In this document: positions 33,841 to 47,265 of the stretch, in pieces
Numbering within the stretch: the first letter of the stretch is position 1
Layout of the letters: the number at the start of each line of letters is the position of its first letter
Assembly (NCBI GenBank): GCA_002811645.1
Contig: PDIP01000077.1
Span: 22,226 to 86,225, forward strand
Reading direction: 5' to 3'
Source of the DNA: Corallochytrium limacisporum Hawaii
Lineage: Eukaryota; Protista; Pluriformea
DNA: 64,000 bases
Position numbers and translations under genes: made by a program
Notes under the pieces: model-generated
The model's input: the letters and a program-made list of their open reading frames with translations, nothing else
What the model was told of the DNA's origin: nothing
Database searches by the model: none

Positions 33841-35523
33841 TCATTCGTCCTTGGTCAGATAGGCACCAAGGGCACCAAGATACGAGTCCGTGTCTACAAA
33901 CACCGGTTTGATGTGCCCTTTGGCCCAAAAGCTCACACCAAAGCTGGCCGCGGCGCGACTAGCTGGATTTTGGTGCAAGTAACTACCAACAAAGATGACA
34001 TTGCGGATGGTATTCACGCGTGCTGTCAGGTAGGCTATATGTCCAAAGTTGTAACCAATCATTGTGATGATGCTAGCAGCGAGGTCGGCCGGCCTGCAAT
34101 CGTGAGGTTGAACCTTTCCGGTGGCAATCTTACCCAGTGAGGATGCCAGGATATCTGGATTTAGACCAGCAGCCTCGTATCCACGGCCATAGATGTCGCC
34201 TACAACGAGATCGACATTCTTGTGGTCTCCCTTGGCTGACATTTGGAGCGCCTGGTTGAAGCTGTCTGCCCCGGTGATCAGTTTGGCCATACCCCAAGCC
34301 GTGCCGCCACCGATGCAGGATCCAGTGACGCGCTCAAAGGTTTTCTCGTCATCCACACGCAACACTGACAAGCCAGACCCAACAATCATAACTAGATACG
34401 GGAACACACCCGAAGTGGTCTCTTTCGCCGTCATGAAGGGTTTCTGGTCAAACTCGCCCGTCTCCGGGTTCGCCATGAGGAAGGCCTCTGGGTTATTTCT
34501 CAGAAGGTAATTGATTCCGAGTACCACACTACCCAACTCGTCTTTACGACACTTGTTCACGGTCAAACCATCTCCCAAGACGCCGCTGTTGGTCAGTTCC
34601 TCGGTGAATTTAACACTGCCGCCGCCCGTGCAGCGCACCATGCGCAGAGAATAGTATTTCATCCAGTCCAACACGCTTCCGATGGCGCTAGTATGGAATT
34701 GGCGTGTGCGGAACACCAATTCTTCCCCACTTTCCAACGGTATCTCCGGAGCATTATCTGCGGCATCTCCGTTCGTGTGGTTGGCGTCGTGCGGCTGGTG
34801 GGGCACCAGAGGGTCATTCTTGCGATCCAGCCAGACACACTTGCACAGAGACCCACCAATATCCAGCGCTGCAGTACCAACGTCCGCTTCTGTCAGACCG
34901 CTGCGCCAAGTGGTCTGCAAGGGTCCGGCTTGATGCTCCGCCTGCTTGCTCTGATAGTTCCGGGTCGATGGTGCAAGGCCAAAACTAGAAGGAAGCTCCA
35001 CACCGTGTTCTGCGGCCACGACTTTCATCATCGCGGCGTGGTGGATGGCATGGTGATTAACAAAGTGGAGTTCACGCGCAACCGTCGACCTTAGGTCATT
35101 TTCCGTCCCGTCTGCAGTAATCATGGCACGGACCGTGACCTCCAAATCTAGATCCTCGTCCTTTACGTCCTGGAAGAGACCCTGAATGCGCCTGATCGCC
35201 TCCAGAGCAGATTCTCGGCTGCTTTCGATATCCGTTTCTCGTCGCCTCCGGTCGTACTCAACAGGTTCAGATGTCAGTTTGCGCCTCTTGCCCTCGGCTG
35301 AGAGCAAACCATCGGCCTCTTGCTGCTTCGCCTCCGATAGTTGGGCAATAATCTTATCGTAGTGGTCCAAACAATGGCGCAAGTGTTTGCCTACGGTGCT
35401 TCCCTTGATCAGGTTCGAAGGGGCTACAAACTGATCATCTGTCGTGCTGTTCACCAGACTGCTAAAGGTAGCCAAGGTGTCAGCCGCGGCAGCGGCCACA
35501 ATAGGGGGTTTTGCGGTGGCCAT
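33841..35523 (-). CDS. Fusion of a DinB-superfamily domain and a type II pantothenate kinase
   Basis: aa ~10-190: STVGKHLRHCLDHY, YDRRRR, STVARELHFVNHHAIHH, FGLAPST. From aa 221: DIGGS, TGGGSVKF, DEL, GSGLS, RVTGSCIGGGT, VDLVVGDIYG, ASSLGK. One 560-aa ORF. Confidence 0.9.
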   Translation of the reverse strand: MATAKPPIVAAAAADTLATFSSLVNSTTDDQFVAPSNLIKGSTVGKHLRHCLDHYDKIIAQLSEAKQQEADGLLSAEGKRRKLTSEPVEYDRRRRETDIESSRESALEAIRRIQGLFQDVKDEDLDLEVTVRAMITADGTENDLRSTVARELHFVNHHAIHHAAMMKVVAAEHGVELPSSFGLAPSTRNYQSKQAEHQAGPLQTTWRSGLTEADVGTAALDIGGSLCKCVWLDRKNDPLVPHQPHDANHTNGDAADNAPEIPLESGEELVFRTRQFHTSAIGSVLDWMKYYSLRMVRCTGGGSVKFTEELTNSGVLGDGLTVNKCRKDELGSVVLGINYLLRNNPEAFLMANPETGEFDQKPFMTAKETTSGVFPYLVMIVGSGLSVLRVDDEKTFERVTGSCIGGGTAWGMAKLITGADSFNQALQMSAKGDHKNVDLVVGDIYGRGYEAAGLNPDILASSLGKIATGKVQPHDCRPADLAASIITMIGYNFGHIAYLTARVNTIRNVIFVGSYLHQNPASRAAASFGVSFWAKGHIKPVFVDTDSYLGALGAYLTKDE

Positions 35524-38500
35524 TATTTTTTGCTACTTGGTCTCTAAACAGAATCTCTCGGCAACCTGAGCGCTTTGGATCAGGCCGACCAGCATCTGTA
35601 CTCCAAGAACAGAACTTCCCACTAAGTAATACCTCTGTAGCTACTGTTTGCCGTTGACCAGTCCCATCAACAAACCCAGCCGGATGAAGAGGAACGAACA
35701 GCCTGCGCTGACACCGTACACAGCTCTTAGATTGCCCCAGCACAACACCCCCCCCCCTCTCCCCTGTACCGGAGGACCGACTCCCCGGAGGGGCCGGTTC
35801 CAAACAGTGGCCGCGTCCGGACACCGGACCCTCCTCCTCCACCAACACTGGGTCCCTGGGGCGTCTGGGACAGTGGGGGGGGGACTCCGTGGGCAGGGGA
35901 CCAACAACAGAAAGAAAAAAAGGAAGAAAAGAAACAGAGAGCACCTCCCCTTCGCTTTTTTTGCCAAAAAATATCACGAGCACCGGCCAGAGAAACCGGG
36001 GAAAAAAAGTGAAAACACCCCCCCCCCACTGGCCCGGGCGGGGTGTGTGCTCCGAGGAGGCGGGCAGTTCCTGAGTTATTTTAGTACGGCGGCATCGGGG
36101 CCGGAAGGGCAGGGCCATTCAGTACGGGGTGAGCCTCCGGAACCGACAAGAGGGGAAGTTCGATCGAAAACTACGCGCTTCCCCGGCCTCCCCTAACCCC
36201 CAACACAGGAGAAAGGCCCACCCGCTCCCGTTGTTTCAGGCCCGGAAGTGGCTTTTTTTTGCAAATTGCGAGCAGAGCTCCGGGGCCAGTTTTGTCGGTG
36301 GCGGGGGAGCGGAGAGCCCAGGTCCCGTCACCGATGGGCCGCTCTCATTCAAAACTGAGACTGAGAGCGAGAGACCCGCCGCCATCTCTACACACACACA
36401 CACACAACTGTGCACTACATTCATTATCGAATTGACTATATATAGTATATTCACTATGGAAGATGAAAAATTAGGCCCCAAGAGTCGTCCCGCGACCGAG
36501 CAACAGGTGGCCCGGTGTGGACCCACCGGACGGTCAGACAAAGAGGGAATGGGGGGGGTCCCGCCTCAGAAGTGAAAAAATTTTTCAGTCTCTTCGTATG
36601 GCTTTTTGGTCCACTGCGTTCCTTGGGTGGGAACGCCTCATAGCGTAAGCACACAATTATCCGTGTTACCCCCCCTTCTTCTTCGGGGGCCCCTCACAGG
36701 TGCGCACCCAAGAAGCACACTGCACCAAGGCACACGAAGTGGGTTGGCCGCGGCAACTGACCGGTCATCGGTAGCGATGCCGGTGTTCCGAAATTCGTAG
36801 CAAGTTTGGGATTCGTCAACCTCGTGGATGGCCGGAACGAGTTTCCGCTTGTCAGTTTAGACCTTTAGAGATATGTAAGTGAGCGTTGGACGCGCCGTTG
36901 GGTTGGTGCCATGGCGGTCCCTTTGGCGGAATTCGCAAGCACGCACGCACGGGCGGGACTTTTTGGTTTGCCATCAGCTAGTGATATTGTGTGTCGTTTT
37001 CCGTAGAGCACGGGCTTTGGTCGCGTTTTGCCAGACAACCTTCATCCTGATGGAAGGAAGAGTGTGAAAACCTCTCCGGCGCAGACGGTCAGATAATGGC
37101 GAGCGATAGTTTCACCTAAACTTTAATTGAAGAAAAACGCATGTGCGCGAGCATACATTGGTTCACGCACGGCAGGTACACTGCACAGGTCACACACAAA
37201 TATGAATTCCCGAACGCGGTTTCCGATCTCGATCGGGGTCTTGCGAGCGGACATGTAAAGACCAGCATGTCCTTCTGAGAAGCACGGAGCTGTAGGGCCC
37301 AACAGAAGAGTCACGGTTGACTTGTGGATGGCGAGGGTAAGAATAACGTTGCCCGAGGGCAGGGGAGTGCCCGACCCTGATGATCGACTGAGCATTTGCG
37401 ACATATTGCAGTAAAAGAAGTAGGCATGAGCGTGACCATTTCGCAAGAACCACACCGAAAAATTCTACCTGCTGTTGGATGCGGATGTGGCTGTTCCGTG
37501 GCTATAAACAGCCAACACACTGTCCACTGTGTGCGCCAATATCGATCGTACATCAAATTACGGATACACCCTCCAAAGATTTTTGATGGCTACACAGTGT
37601 TCGAATTAACACAGCCTGCGTCTCAAATCTGTGTGCCAGGGCTTGCCGGCATTCCGCAGGCAAGCATCCAAACCCGTCGATGGTTGTACATGTTAAAAAG
37701 ATAGTTGCACATCACATCCGTGCATCTACAGTGAAGGATCTCTCACCCTTTTCTCACAAAATCAAGAAAGAGCTCATGGGGGCTTGGACGGCCAACGTTT
37801 GAAACCAAGCATCCATAGCATGCTGAGAAATTGTCCTGCCAAAGAGGCTTGGGGTTTCGGATGTGCAATGTCATCACTGCGTGTCATAGATTGATATTTG
37901 GGTTAGAAGGCTGGGTCTTGTTTCCGAGTCATGCGGCTCAGTCCCCTGTCCCAAATTGTCATGAGAGATGAGCAGGGCATCCGCGTCAATCGTATCTCTC
38001 CTCCTTTCTCTATCCGATTCACGCTCGGTTGTATGGCCCAAGATGGCCGTCTTCTTGAAAACCGGTGCTTCGCTCAGTATCATCTCCGAGGTGCATTAGA
38101 GCACATTCGCCCGCAATCAGGAAGATCTCAGCATTCACCCAACAGGAAAGAGGAGGAAATTGGCTGGAAAAGTATACCGCCCGACCCAAATAGAGAGCGA
38201 CGGACACCGACCGAGAACGAGGGACGGAGAGAGAAAGAAGAGAAAAGAAAGGAAACAAAAGAGCGGGCTACCACTGGGTATCATCAGCACTCCTAGAAAT
38301 TGATTTCTTGGCGAAAATGAGCGACCACGAGGCAGGTAGGCCTACTGCTGCTGGCTGTGGTTCCTCGGCTCGTGGCTCCGGGCCAGGCGAGACGGGTTGA
38401 GAGGTCTCTCCTGCATATCCCCCCCGCTCCGGGCGGGGGAGGGAGCTTGCGCCACGGCTTGAAGGGCGGTCTTTTTTTGTTTTGTGTGAATGAATGGTCC

Positions 38501-41500
38501 TCTTCCTTTCCCTGATGTGCCGCCCCGGTTGGCAGATACTCAACACCCAACTTTCGATGCAAAGTACCCACGTCACGTATTCAGGTAGGACGTGACCATG
38601 ATGCAAACTTTGTTTATCTGTGTTTCCGGAGCCAAATTTCCGAAACCTTTCAAATCGCCACCCACAGGTAGGCGTAACTGTTTGCTGATAACTAATAATC
38701 TGGAGGCCACACTAGAATTCTCTCCACACATCGCCCGACGGCGCACACTCACGCGATGGGTTTTGCAGTCATCCACCCAAGCACCACAGTATCTTCGCAC
38801 CTACCTTCTTGACAAACTATACCTTCCTCCAAAAAATTGGTGTCTAGTAGGGAATCATGGGCTGTTGTTTCAACATGACTATGACCATCGATTCCCCAAT
38901 GATGAAACATTAGCCAGAGGATGATGGTAGTTGTTGTATAGAAGCTCGCGTGGTCCCCGTGTCCCGGAGCACAGTGATATGTTGGAAGAAAGCGGACGAG
39001 GCCACTGTGGACACTGGTTTCGACCACGGTGGAGCACGCGTGTGTGTGTGTAAATGTGTGCTCACCGGCAGAAACCTACGATGCTGGGTACAACCAAATG
39101 GTGGCGGTGATAAGGTGTTGATGGTTGCGGTGGGTCGTATGAAATACGTCCAGTCAGACCTACATTTCCCCTTTTTCTAAACCACCATGCCCACAAGCAC
39201 GGTGCGTATGCGCTTGACCGCAGCCAAGCAGATACATACAGCATGACAATATCTGATAGCTTAAAGGACCCCGATGCTCGCTTCCCTGTGCGTTTTGCGG
39301 GATGTGATGAGGATGCTCCTGCCAATACCATCATCCTAAACCGGTGCGCCCGTCGAACCCAAACAAACTGTGTGTAGGGATCTCTCGCGTTGGCAAACAA
39401 AAAAAAAAAGGGAAAGAAAACGAAGAAAATTTTCTTCCGCAGTTTCCGTTCTCTGTGGCGCATTGCGCTGCAGTCCCTCTATCTCTACTGAAGAAAGACG
39501 GAACAATAGACAAGGAACGAATGAAACAGGTGGACACAGCCCGGCCAGCAAAAAGATTTTGAGTGGATTCTGTCTGAACAGACTCTTTGGTACCCTGCAG
39601 CTCTGCCAGTTACAGTTCTTTTAAGTCTTGGTTTCGCGCGCACTGCCTGTACTCAGTGGGCTCGTGTACCTGCCATCTCTCTGCTGTACAATTGTCAGAG
39701 CGCTCTGAGGATTTGACTCTTCAATGCTGGCATACCTCGGCTGTGGTGAACTAATACAGCCAGATTAAACCGAAATCACCATGCTGATTCATGCCGATAG
39801 ACTTTGAACCGTGTCCGGGTGTGAAGAGTACATAGACCTTGACCTACCACTCCAAGGCCCCAATTCCCCCCCCCCCCTTTTCTTCCCGCTCTGCGGGGCG
39901 GCAGTCACAGGGGAGGGCCGGGAGAGAAGAGGGGGGGGGAGGAGGAGGAGCCAGCGACCCAGAGAAGTGCGTAGAGGCAGGGAGACCTAACCCACTCGCA
40001 AAATTACCTGCCGCAAAAGGCTAGTCAACATGCCCAGACAGCACCCTGTTCGATACCATTCATGAAGGAAGGGGATTTGGTAACTAAGAAAAGGAAGAGT
40101 GAACGAATTACAAAAACAACATCATGTATTATCGCGTGTTGAAGGGTATATCTCCAGTTTTCCTTATCTCCAATATAGAAACAATAGAAACATTACCAGT
40201 GAATACACATTGAGCTGTCGTGTGTCTGTCAGAGACATACATACCATGTCCCGCTTCGAAACCAAACTATTACTCAAACGGGAAGGAAATGACGCTCTTC
40301 ATCTATTCCCAAAGTGCAGGCTGTGAGTACCGTTTTGCATAGTAATTGAACGAAGCAGATTACTCGTACATGTGCCTCTTCCCTTCCTCACAAGGACTAG
40401 TCCGACGAAGAAAACAAAGACGCACGCTCCAGAATTCGAGAAGAAACAAGAAAAAATTCTTCCCAAGAATAACAACTGAGAAGCAATGCAGCAATACCCA
40501 CTGGTAGGTCGGTAAGTACCACTGCCTCCACTTACTCACTACCCAAGTTCTGCTAGTTGGCTGGGTCAAAGGGGAAGAGGAGGGGGGGTGGCTAGAGATA
40601 AGGGGGCAGGGGTGGGCGAAGGGAGGGGGGGAAGCTTTTCCTGATGAATGTGCCCAGGAGGGCAGGCTCCGATAAAAGCTTCAACTGCCACAGCTCGAGA
40701 TCTATCAAGCGAGATATCTGTGACCGTCCGCCCAGCACGATCTTTTTCGCAGCTTTTCCTGGTTAGACAGAAGATGTGACATTTTAGAGTGAAGGCACTC
40801 GGAAAGCCCGACTTTTTGTAGAGATGGAGGAGTCTGGTGTGGTGTAGGGGTAGGGGTAGGGGGGAAGTATTACGACGCGTCTGGGTTTTTGCGTGTGCGC
40901 TGTCCATCCTGTGCTAAAAGCCCCGTTGTCGTCTCTTTTCTGAATTGTCCATTGGGCCGTAGAGCAAAAATTTCTTCTTCCCAGGAGCGCGCAAGGCAGA
41001 GAAAGGGAGGGGGAGAGGGGGGGGAGTGGCGATAGAGTGATGGAGTAGGCCCCCCCCCCCCGGGGGAGGGGGGCAGCAACAGCTCTATAGCAGTTCTCGC
41101 ACAGTGTGTGCGGCGACGTTGGCTGTTTGTGAAGGCAAATTTCGTCCGAAACTAAACAAAATGCCAAATGTGAAACGGACTAGGAAACTTGAAAGCCAAA
41201 ATTCATAGGGAACCAAGAATCCCTCAGAACCTTTTCAGCGTGACCTACTTTCAAGGCCCTGGGCTGAACGATGCACAATGATCGGCGCGGCATGAGAGAG
41301 ATAGCCATCTGAGAAGGGACGCGAAAATTGAATCCATCTCTCCCGGTTCGTGCCGTAGAGTATGTACTGCAAACGGCTGCGTTTCAGACCATAGATTTCC
41401 TGTCTTTCCAGCACTTCAGCGTTTGGACGGCCGCGGTTGAGTAAGGACGAATCCGCTAACTATCCATCGAGCAGGCCGGTGTGTTGCGGCAAGAAGGGGC

Positions 41501-41782
41501 GCGGGCGTCAACGCGTCGGTAATTGAAATACGGACAGCAGTAGCGATGCGATGAGCACATGCTTCATCAATTAGCCTTGACACAGAACAAGCAAGACCGG
41601 GCATAACGGTAGCATGGCGAAGTGCATGCGTGATTATGCGGGGTGTGGGTGTAATATAGTCCTCTGATACCATCAATCCATCCAAAGGGTTCCGCGATCC
41701 TTCCGTGCTCGCTTGGACACGTCAAGGGCACTAAGACGTGGATCATTTTAGGTTTTATACTTTCAGTACAGGATCTAACTGT

Positions 41783-41980
41783 ACCGGAGCAAGAATAGTT
41801 AAAACGGAAAAACGAAAAAAATTGGTGGGATTGGGGTGTAGGAATTTCCTGCGGAAGCTACTGACCCTTCCCTTCTTTCTGCCGATTTTCCCATTGTTTT
41901 AATACGGACCTGGTGCGCCGCAGTCATTCATTGGTTCCAGACCTTGGCTCCTATGTGTGTGAAAAAATTCTTGCTCCGGT
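41783..41980. repeat. 14-bp perfect inverted repeat bounding 170 bp
   Basis: ACCGGAGCAAGAAT (41783-41796) and ATTCTTGCTCCGGT (41967-41980). Confidence 0.7.
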
Positions 41981-44900
41981 TCTGCGTAAAAAGTGGTCCC
42001 GTGATTTTCAAGACCTCAGTTTCAGTCGATAATTTCCGATACTGTATAGTAAAGTCACTGAATTACGCCGTCCTAGCGCTGTAGTGAGACCGTAAGGAGA
42101 ACGAGGGTCTCGCCACCACAACCGTTGCGCTTGAGGACCCCCAACCCCCCCCCCCCCGGGAGACTCTCTCCCGCTCTTTCGTCGGCTCTCCCATTCCAGA
42201 GGGGTTTGTCACTTTTTTTTTCAAAGCAATTTTTTGTTTAGTTCTGATCTCTTTTACGACTCGATTCCTTGTACGCCCAGTATCAGTACTGATTGAATGG
42301 ATCGCAAGGAGAGGGAGGAACTTACTACCATAAAATTTTCCCCATGTCGTTCCTCCCTTGTGCTGACAATGAGTTCACCGTCACCTTCATCTTTCTTCAT
42401 CCTGAGGGTGTATTCAGTCCTGCGATATACAGTAAATATTCTAGTCTATTTATCATTACTAGACTATCCATAAGAGTGTGGGCTGATTGCCTCCCCAGCC
42501 GTAGGCGAAGAAAATTTGGGAAAGAAATCAGGCAAAAGAGGCGAAGTCACCTCACCAGGCTATTGAATAAGTGTGTTGCATCATCATCTGAGATCGATTC
42601 TTTCTGTTATAATGGATAAACTTTCTTCTTTTTCTTACCACAATGTTTTTCTTTTGATTTCAGAAAAATTCATGGTTAGGGGGCCGGCCCTGGCATTGCA
42701 TTCCAGAAGAGCCGTGTGTTCGGCTCCTTGGGTAGGCATCCATCGCCCATCCGTCCGGTGCCTTCGTCGATCCCGCTGCACCGAAAAGCGAGGTCTTATG
42801 ACATGCATGGCACTTTTACATCAGAAATAGGGCACCAAGTCCGAGATCTTTTTTCCTTTGTTGTGCAGGGTCGTGTTGGGGCTGTTGACGCGCTGGGGTT
42901 GATGGGTGACGATGATATGTCAACAACCCAGTACCGAGAAGGAGTGGGGGACGAGTACGCCGGACGTTCACAAGAATTTACGAAGTATTGGTGCGGTGTG
43001 TGAAGCGGATACGCAAATTGTCCCCGTTTTACGTTTTGTAGTTTAGTTGTTTATGGAAAGTTTTTTCGTGTCACTCCAGCGTGTTTTTAATGGTAGTGGC
43101 TCCATAAACAAATTCCATGGTCGTCACCTGAGCGACTCTGTTAAAATGAATCAGTGATGACAAAAACATAGTCTGGACATGCACGCACGCGTACCGGTTT
43201 CCAGTGCGCTTGGTGGGTGTGGAGTGCCCTTTTGTGCCTTCTTATCTGTGGAAAGTCTTGGATCCCACGGCACAACCCAGTCCTACTAACTTCCTACGGT
43301 TGCTAACAGCGTCACTTCAATATAGGATAAGTATGAGTAAAATTTTGGAGAGGGAGCGGCGACATGGATACCAGTCGGTTTCAAACAACCACGTTGTTGG
43401 TAGGATTGGAAGCATCCTTGAAACGCCTGATCTGCGAGGCCGCGAAAAACACCCAATTTGTGCCCTGCTATTCAGTATGCGCACTATTGGACAAGTGGAT
43501 CGCCCCACTGGCGGCACCGTAGTAGGTGGCACAGGTGACGTCTCGCAAAATGGGCTTCTCAGCTGACAGTATCTTCGGGTAACGTTTGGAAATAATCGCC
43601 GAAATATTGTCTATTATTTTTTATAGGATAAACAGCTGGTTTCTGGTAGTCAATCATTCAACTGTAGTTTCCAGATCGAACTGACATGTCAGGGACAAGC
43701 CAATTGCCATTGTGGGCGGCACTTCGCGTCCTGAACACCACCCTCTGCTGATCTCCTTTGTGCTGACCTTTTGAATCCACTTATTCAGTATAGAAAACAT
43801 AGTTTCAAGTGTCTACAAGAAACCGGGTGTCATTTGAGTTTTCGAAAAAATTCTATGACCCTCGTCAGACTTTCATGACTCTCCAGGACGGTGGCACGAG
43901 GTCCGCCCGTTGAGAAAGCCACCGCTTTGGTGTAGAGAATTGATGGGATGATTCCACTGAAAATACTAAGCATTAGCAGTCAGAAAGATTTTTTTTCTGG
44001 GCTAGGAATGCCGGTCGATCGAGAATTGTAAGGCTCACTTGAAAAATTCGGGTTTTCTCAGACCGTGCCTTTTGGCTTTTGAACTATCATTCAATTTCAA
44101 TAGTCTCAGATAGCACATGGCCGGACCGGGAGTATCAGCAGATGAAATTTTCTCGCCCTTCCTTTGAAAGAGGTAACGTACCGGGCAGCTTAACATCGGT
44201 AGTCGTCCCGGTAGTGGATGCGAGCGCGTGCGAGCGATTTTCTTTTTCGGCCCTACGGACCCCTGCAACAAAATACTATCTACTATCAGCTAACTGTCCG
44301 ATGTGTGCTGCCCAGGTGCTCGCCCAAGACCATGTGTCGCGGTGACTAATCTAGAGTGAATAGATCAATAAAGGGAAAAACTGTACGCAGCTGCGCGCAA
44401 CGTAAGGCCAGCTTGATTGAATGCATTCTAATACCCACCGCCGTTGCATTGTTCAACCTCCAAGGGAAAAAAGAAAGCTTTCAGATCCCAAGAATTGAAC
44501 GGATGGACGATTTTGCCGTTTCGTATACTTAATATACTGCGGCAATGTTGGTTGACGTATCGATCTTGACGACACTTGTACTACACAAGCTGAAAAAAAT
44601 GGGAAACAAAAAAATTTTCCCCTACAACGCCCAACGCCGTCGTCTCTCCCCCTCCCTTTTTGCTCCCGAGAGACCGCCCACTCACTTCTCGTCAAGTCCT
44701 CAGGTCTCCATAGTAAATGTACCGTATTACTCGGTTTCCTCTTAAGGTAGGAAAGGCCAGGTGCCCCCCCCCCTTCTCTCTCTCTCTCGGTTTCCCTCTG
44801 CACTCCCTCTTTCTCTCTTTTTCTCCCCCGGGTCTCCTTTTCTTCGAACAACTGCCTCTTTCCGTCGCTCCGTGTCGGATCCCTGACCCCTCCTCCCTTT

Positions 44901-47265
44901 CGGCTTTTGGTGGCTTGTCTGTTGAAAGGTAGGGACGGGCCTGCGCTCTCAAGCCCGCGAGCAGTTGAATGGGTCAGTCACCGCGGGCCATTTCCCTATC
45001 GTCTCTTCTCACAGACACTGCCGCACATGCGTTCTCAATCGTTCATTGCCCGTCGCCTCGAGCCCTTCCGTCGCACCACTTTGCCTATGTTTTGTATGTA
45101 CCTCCCGGGATGATCGTGGAAAAATGAAAAATTAAGGAATCCATCGAAGGAAGGCGGCGATCGAACGACGACGTAGAGGATACTGTCGGTAGATACCTAC
45201 ACCAAAACCAGCGGGCCGGATGTTGGGTAGTGAATTACAGAGCAGCAAATATGGACCCATTCCTTTGTCTGACCTTCCGACGATCAACCACATCCTCAGC
45301 AACAGCAGCCAGTTCTCGCTGTCCTGCCTATCCTCCGTCTCTGCGGAACTTGCCTGTTCATTCTTTCTGCGGCTTCCTCTCCCACCAACCCGGTTTTGTT
45401 GTGTTCCGTTGAGGTTTGTGATGTCCACAGTATAGACACCGCTGATTGTAGCAGCGGGTCGCTTGCTGTTGAAAGCGGTCTCTAAATGGGAATCTGACCG
45501 CGGCTTTTGAATGTCGACATTCTCTCTCTGTGTCTGCTAAGCCTGGGGGTATCTTCACGTACCAACCTCTACCATCAGCAGCGCAACTGCCGTCGCACGC
45601 GCAAGCACAAGGGAAAAATTTGGTTCCAATTTTCCATACTTTCGAACCAGCAGTTTCGTTCCCGGTTCTGCTCCTTTCGCTGGCATGGAGGAGAGGACAT
45701 TGGTAGAGACCGAGGCGTGTATAGCGAGACGCCCAATGACAGAGAGCGAAGAAAAAAGTTTTTGTAGGTGTTTCTGCGAATCTCTGACGCGAGGTGAGAA
45801 GTTAACCTAAGGAAACGAGGCGGTAGGGGAGAGAGCGAGAGAGCGAGAGAGAGAGAGAGCGAGAAGAACAGTGAGAGCGAGGGGGGGGGGAAGAGGGGGA
45901 AAGACTCCACGCGTATCGTAGAAAATGGCCTCAAAGATGGCAGGGGAGCGGACATAATGACGCTTTTCGCACCGCTTATACACTCACTTCACGTCGATCG
46001 ACAAGATCCGATCTTTTCATACAAAATCCATTCAAAGGAATTTTTTTTGTCTTTTTTTTCGGACCTCCTCCGGGCTCCCTTCCCCCCCCCCTCCCCTCCC
46101 CCTTGCTCTCTCCTTCTCGGGAGGATTGTCGGTCTTACATCCCTCCCGCACACCCCGCGCCGATGGGGAGGATGGGCGGTGGTGGGCTTGCCACATAAGA
46201 CCCCCCCTGCCGTCGCTTCTTTTTCTTTCTCTTTCTCCTCGGAACGTCTCGGGTCCAGGTTTTAGTGCCTCCGGTTGCACACACTCTACTGCTGGATTTT
46301 TCTGCCCATACTTTTTCTGTGGGCGTGTGGGCGCAGCGAGACCCGGGTACCCCCAGTTGCCGACCGGGCAGGAGTGAGTCTTAGACAGGATTTGTGAGGT
46401 AGGAAGGGGAAGGCGTTCGCCTATTCCAGTGCTTGTTGGAAGGGGGGGGGAGAAGGGAAGAGGGGAAGCGAAGGGGGGAGGGGCCCGGTCTCTTGGGATG
46501 GTGGTGTCGAGTACTGGAACTATCTATCCGTGGCCTTCGAAAGTAAAGAGAAAAAAGATTTTTTTTTCTCTTCGTCTCCCTCCGGGTCTCCTTTGTCACC
46601 TCTTCCCCTGTTCCCCCCGGAGGGGGGGGAGTCTCGCCACACTGTTTATTTCGAAAGGGTTCATTTATTTGGGAAGAAAAATTTGTGAACGGAGAAAGAA
46701 TCCTTTAGAAAGGGGGGGGGGCAGAGGACACCCTCTCCGAGAGAGATATTCTTGAGAGAGAGCAAGTGAAGAAGGAGGAGAAGAAAATTTTGTATATTTT
46801 TTCCTGGGTCGAAGGGAAAAGAGGGAGGAGGTTTGGATCTTTAGGTACGCGCACTTACGCCGTTTTCCAACAACCGGGGCCTTGCTTACCCACCACTCGC
46901 CGACGAAGGGGTTGGTTGGAGAGGTGGGGTGGGATCACACTTTTGCTGCATGTAAACATTCTTTCTCAGCTTGAACGTGTGCATGGTTGAAGCACCTGCG
47001 TTTAGTTTTTTTGGTTTTTGGGATTGAACCTTTCAAACACACACAACTGGAGAGCATGAATGTCGTGCTAAAGGAAAGTTTGGGGAAGAAGGAACGAAGA
47101 GATATGTCAGAAGTGGACTCACACGGAAAGTGCTGAAGCGGACCGGAAAAGCTAGATAAGATCACCCAAGGTATTTAAGGGTAAGGATTGGAAAGGATCC
47201 ACAAGTCTTTGAAGGTAGATCGTACTCCTTTAAAGAAGTGACACATAGACATTAAAGAAAAAAAC

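Noticed and set aside
36573-36587. TGAAAAAATTTTTCA (RRPE-like) and scattered GCGATGAG (PAC-like)
   Set aside because: These are ascomycete motifs, are not next to ribosome-biogenesis genes here, and A/T tracts are common in the islands.
40631-40682. CTGATGA inside a GAAGCTTTT/AAAAGCTTC stem, hammerhead-like
   Set aside because: No GAAA after stem II and no third stem with an NUH site.
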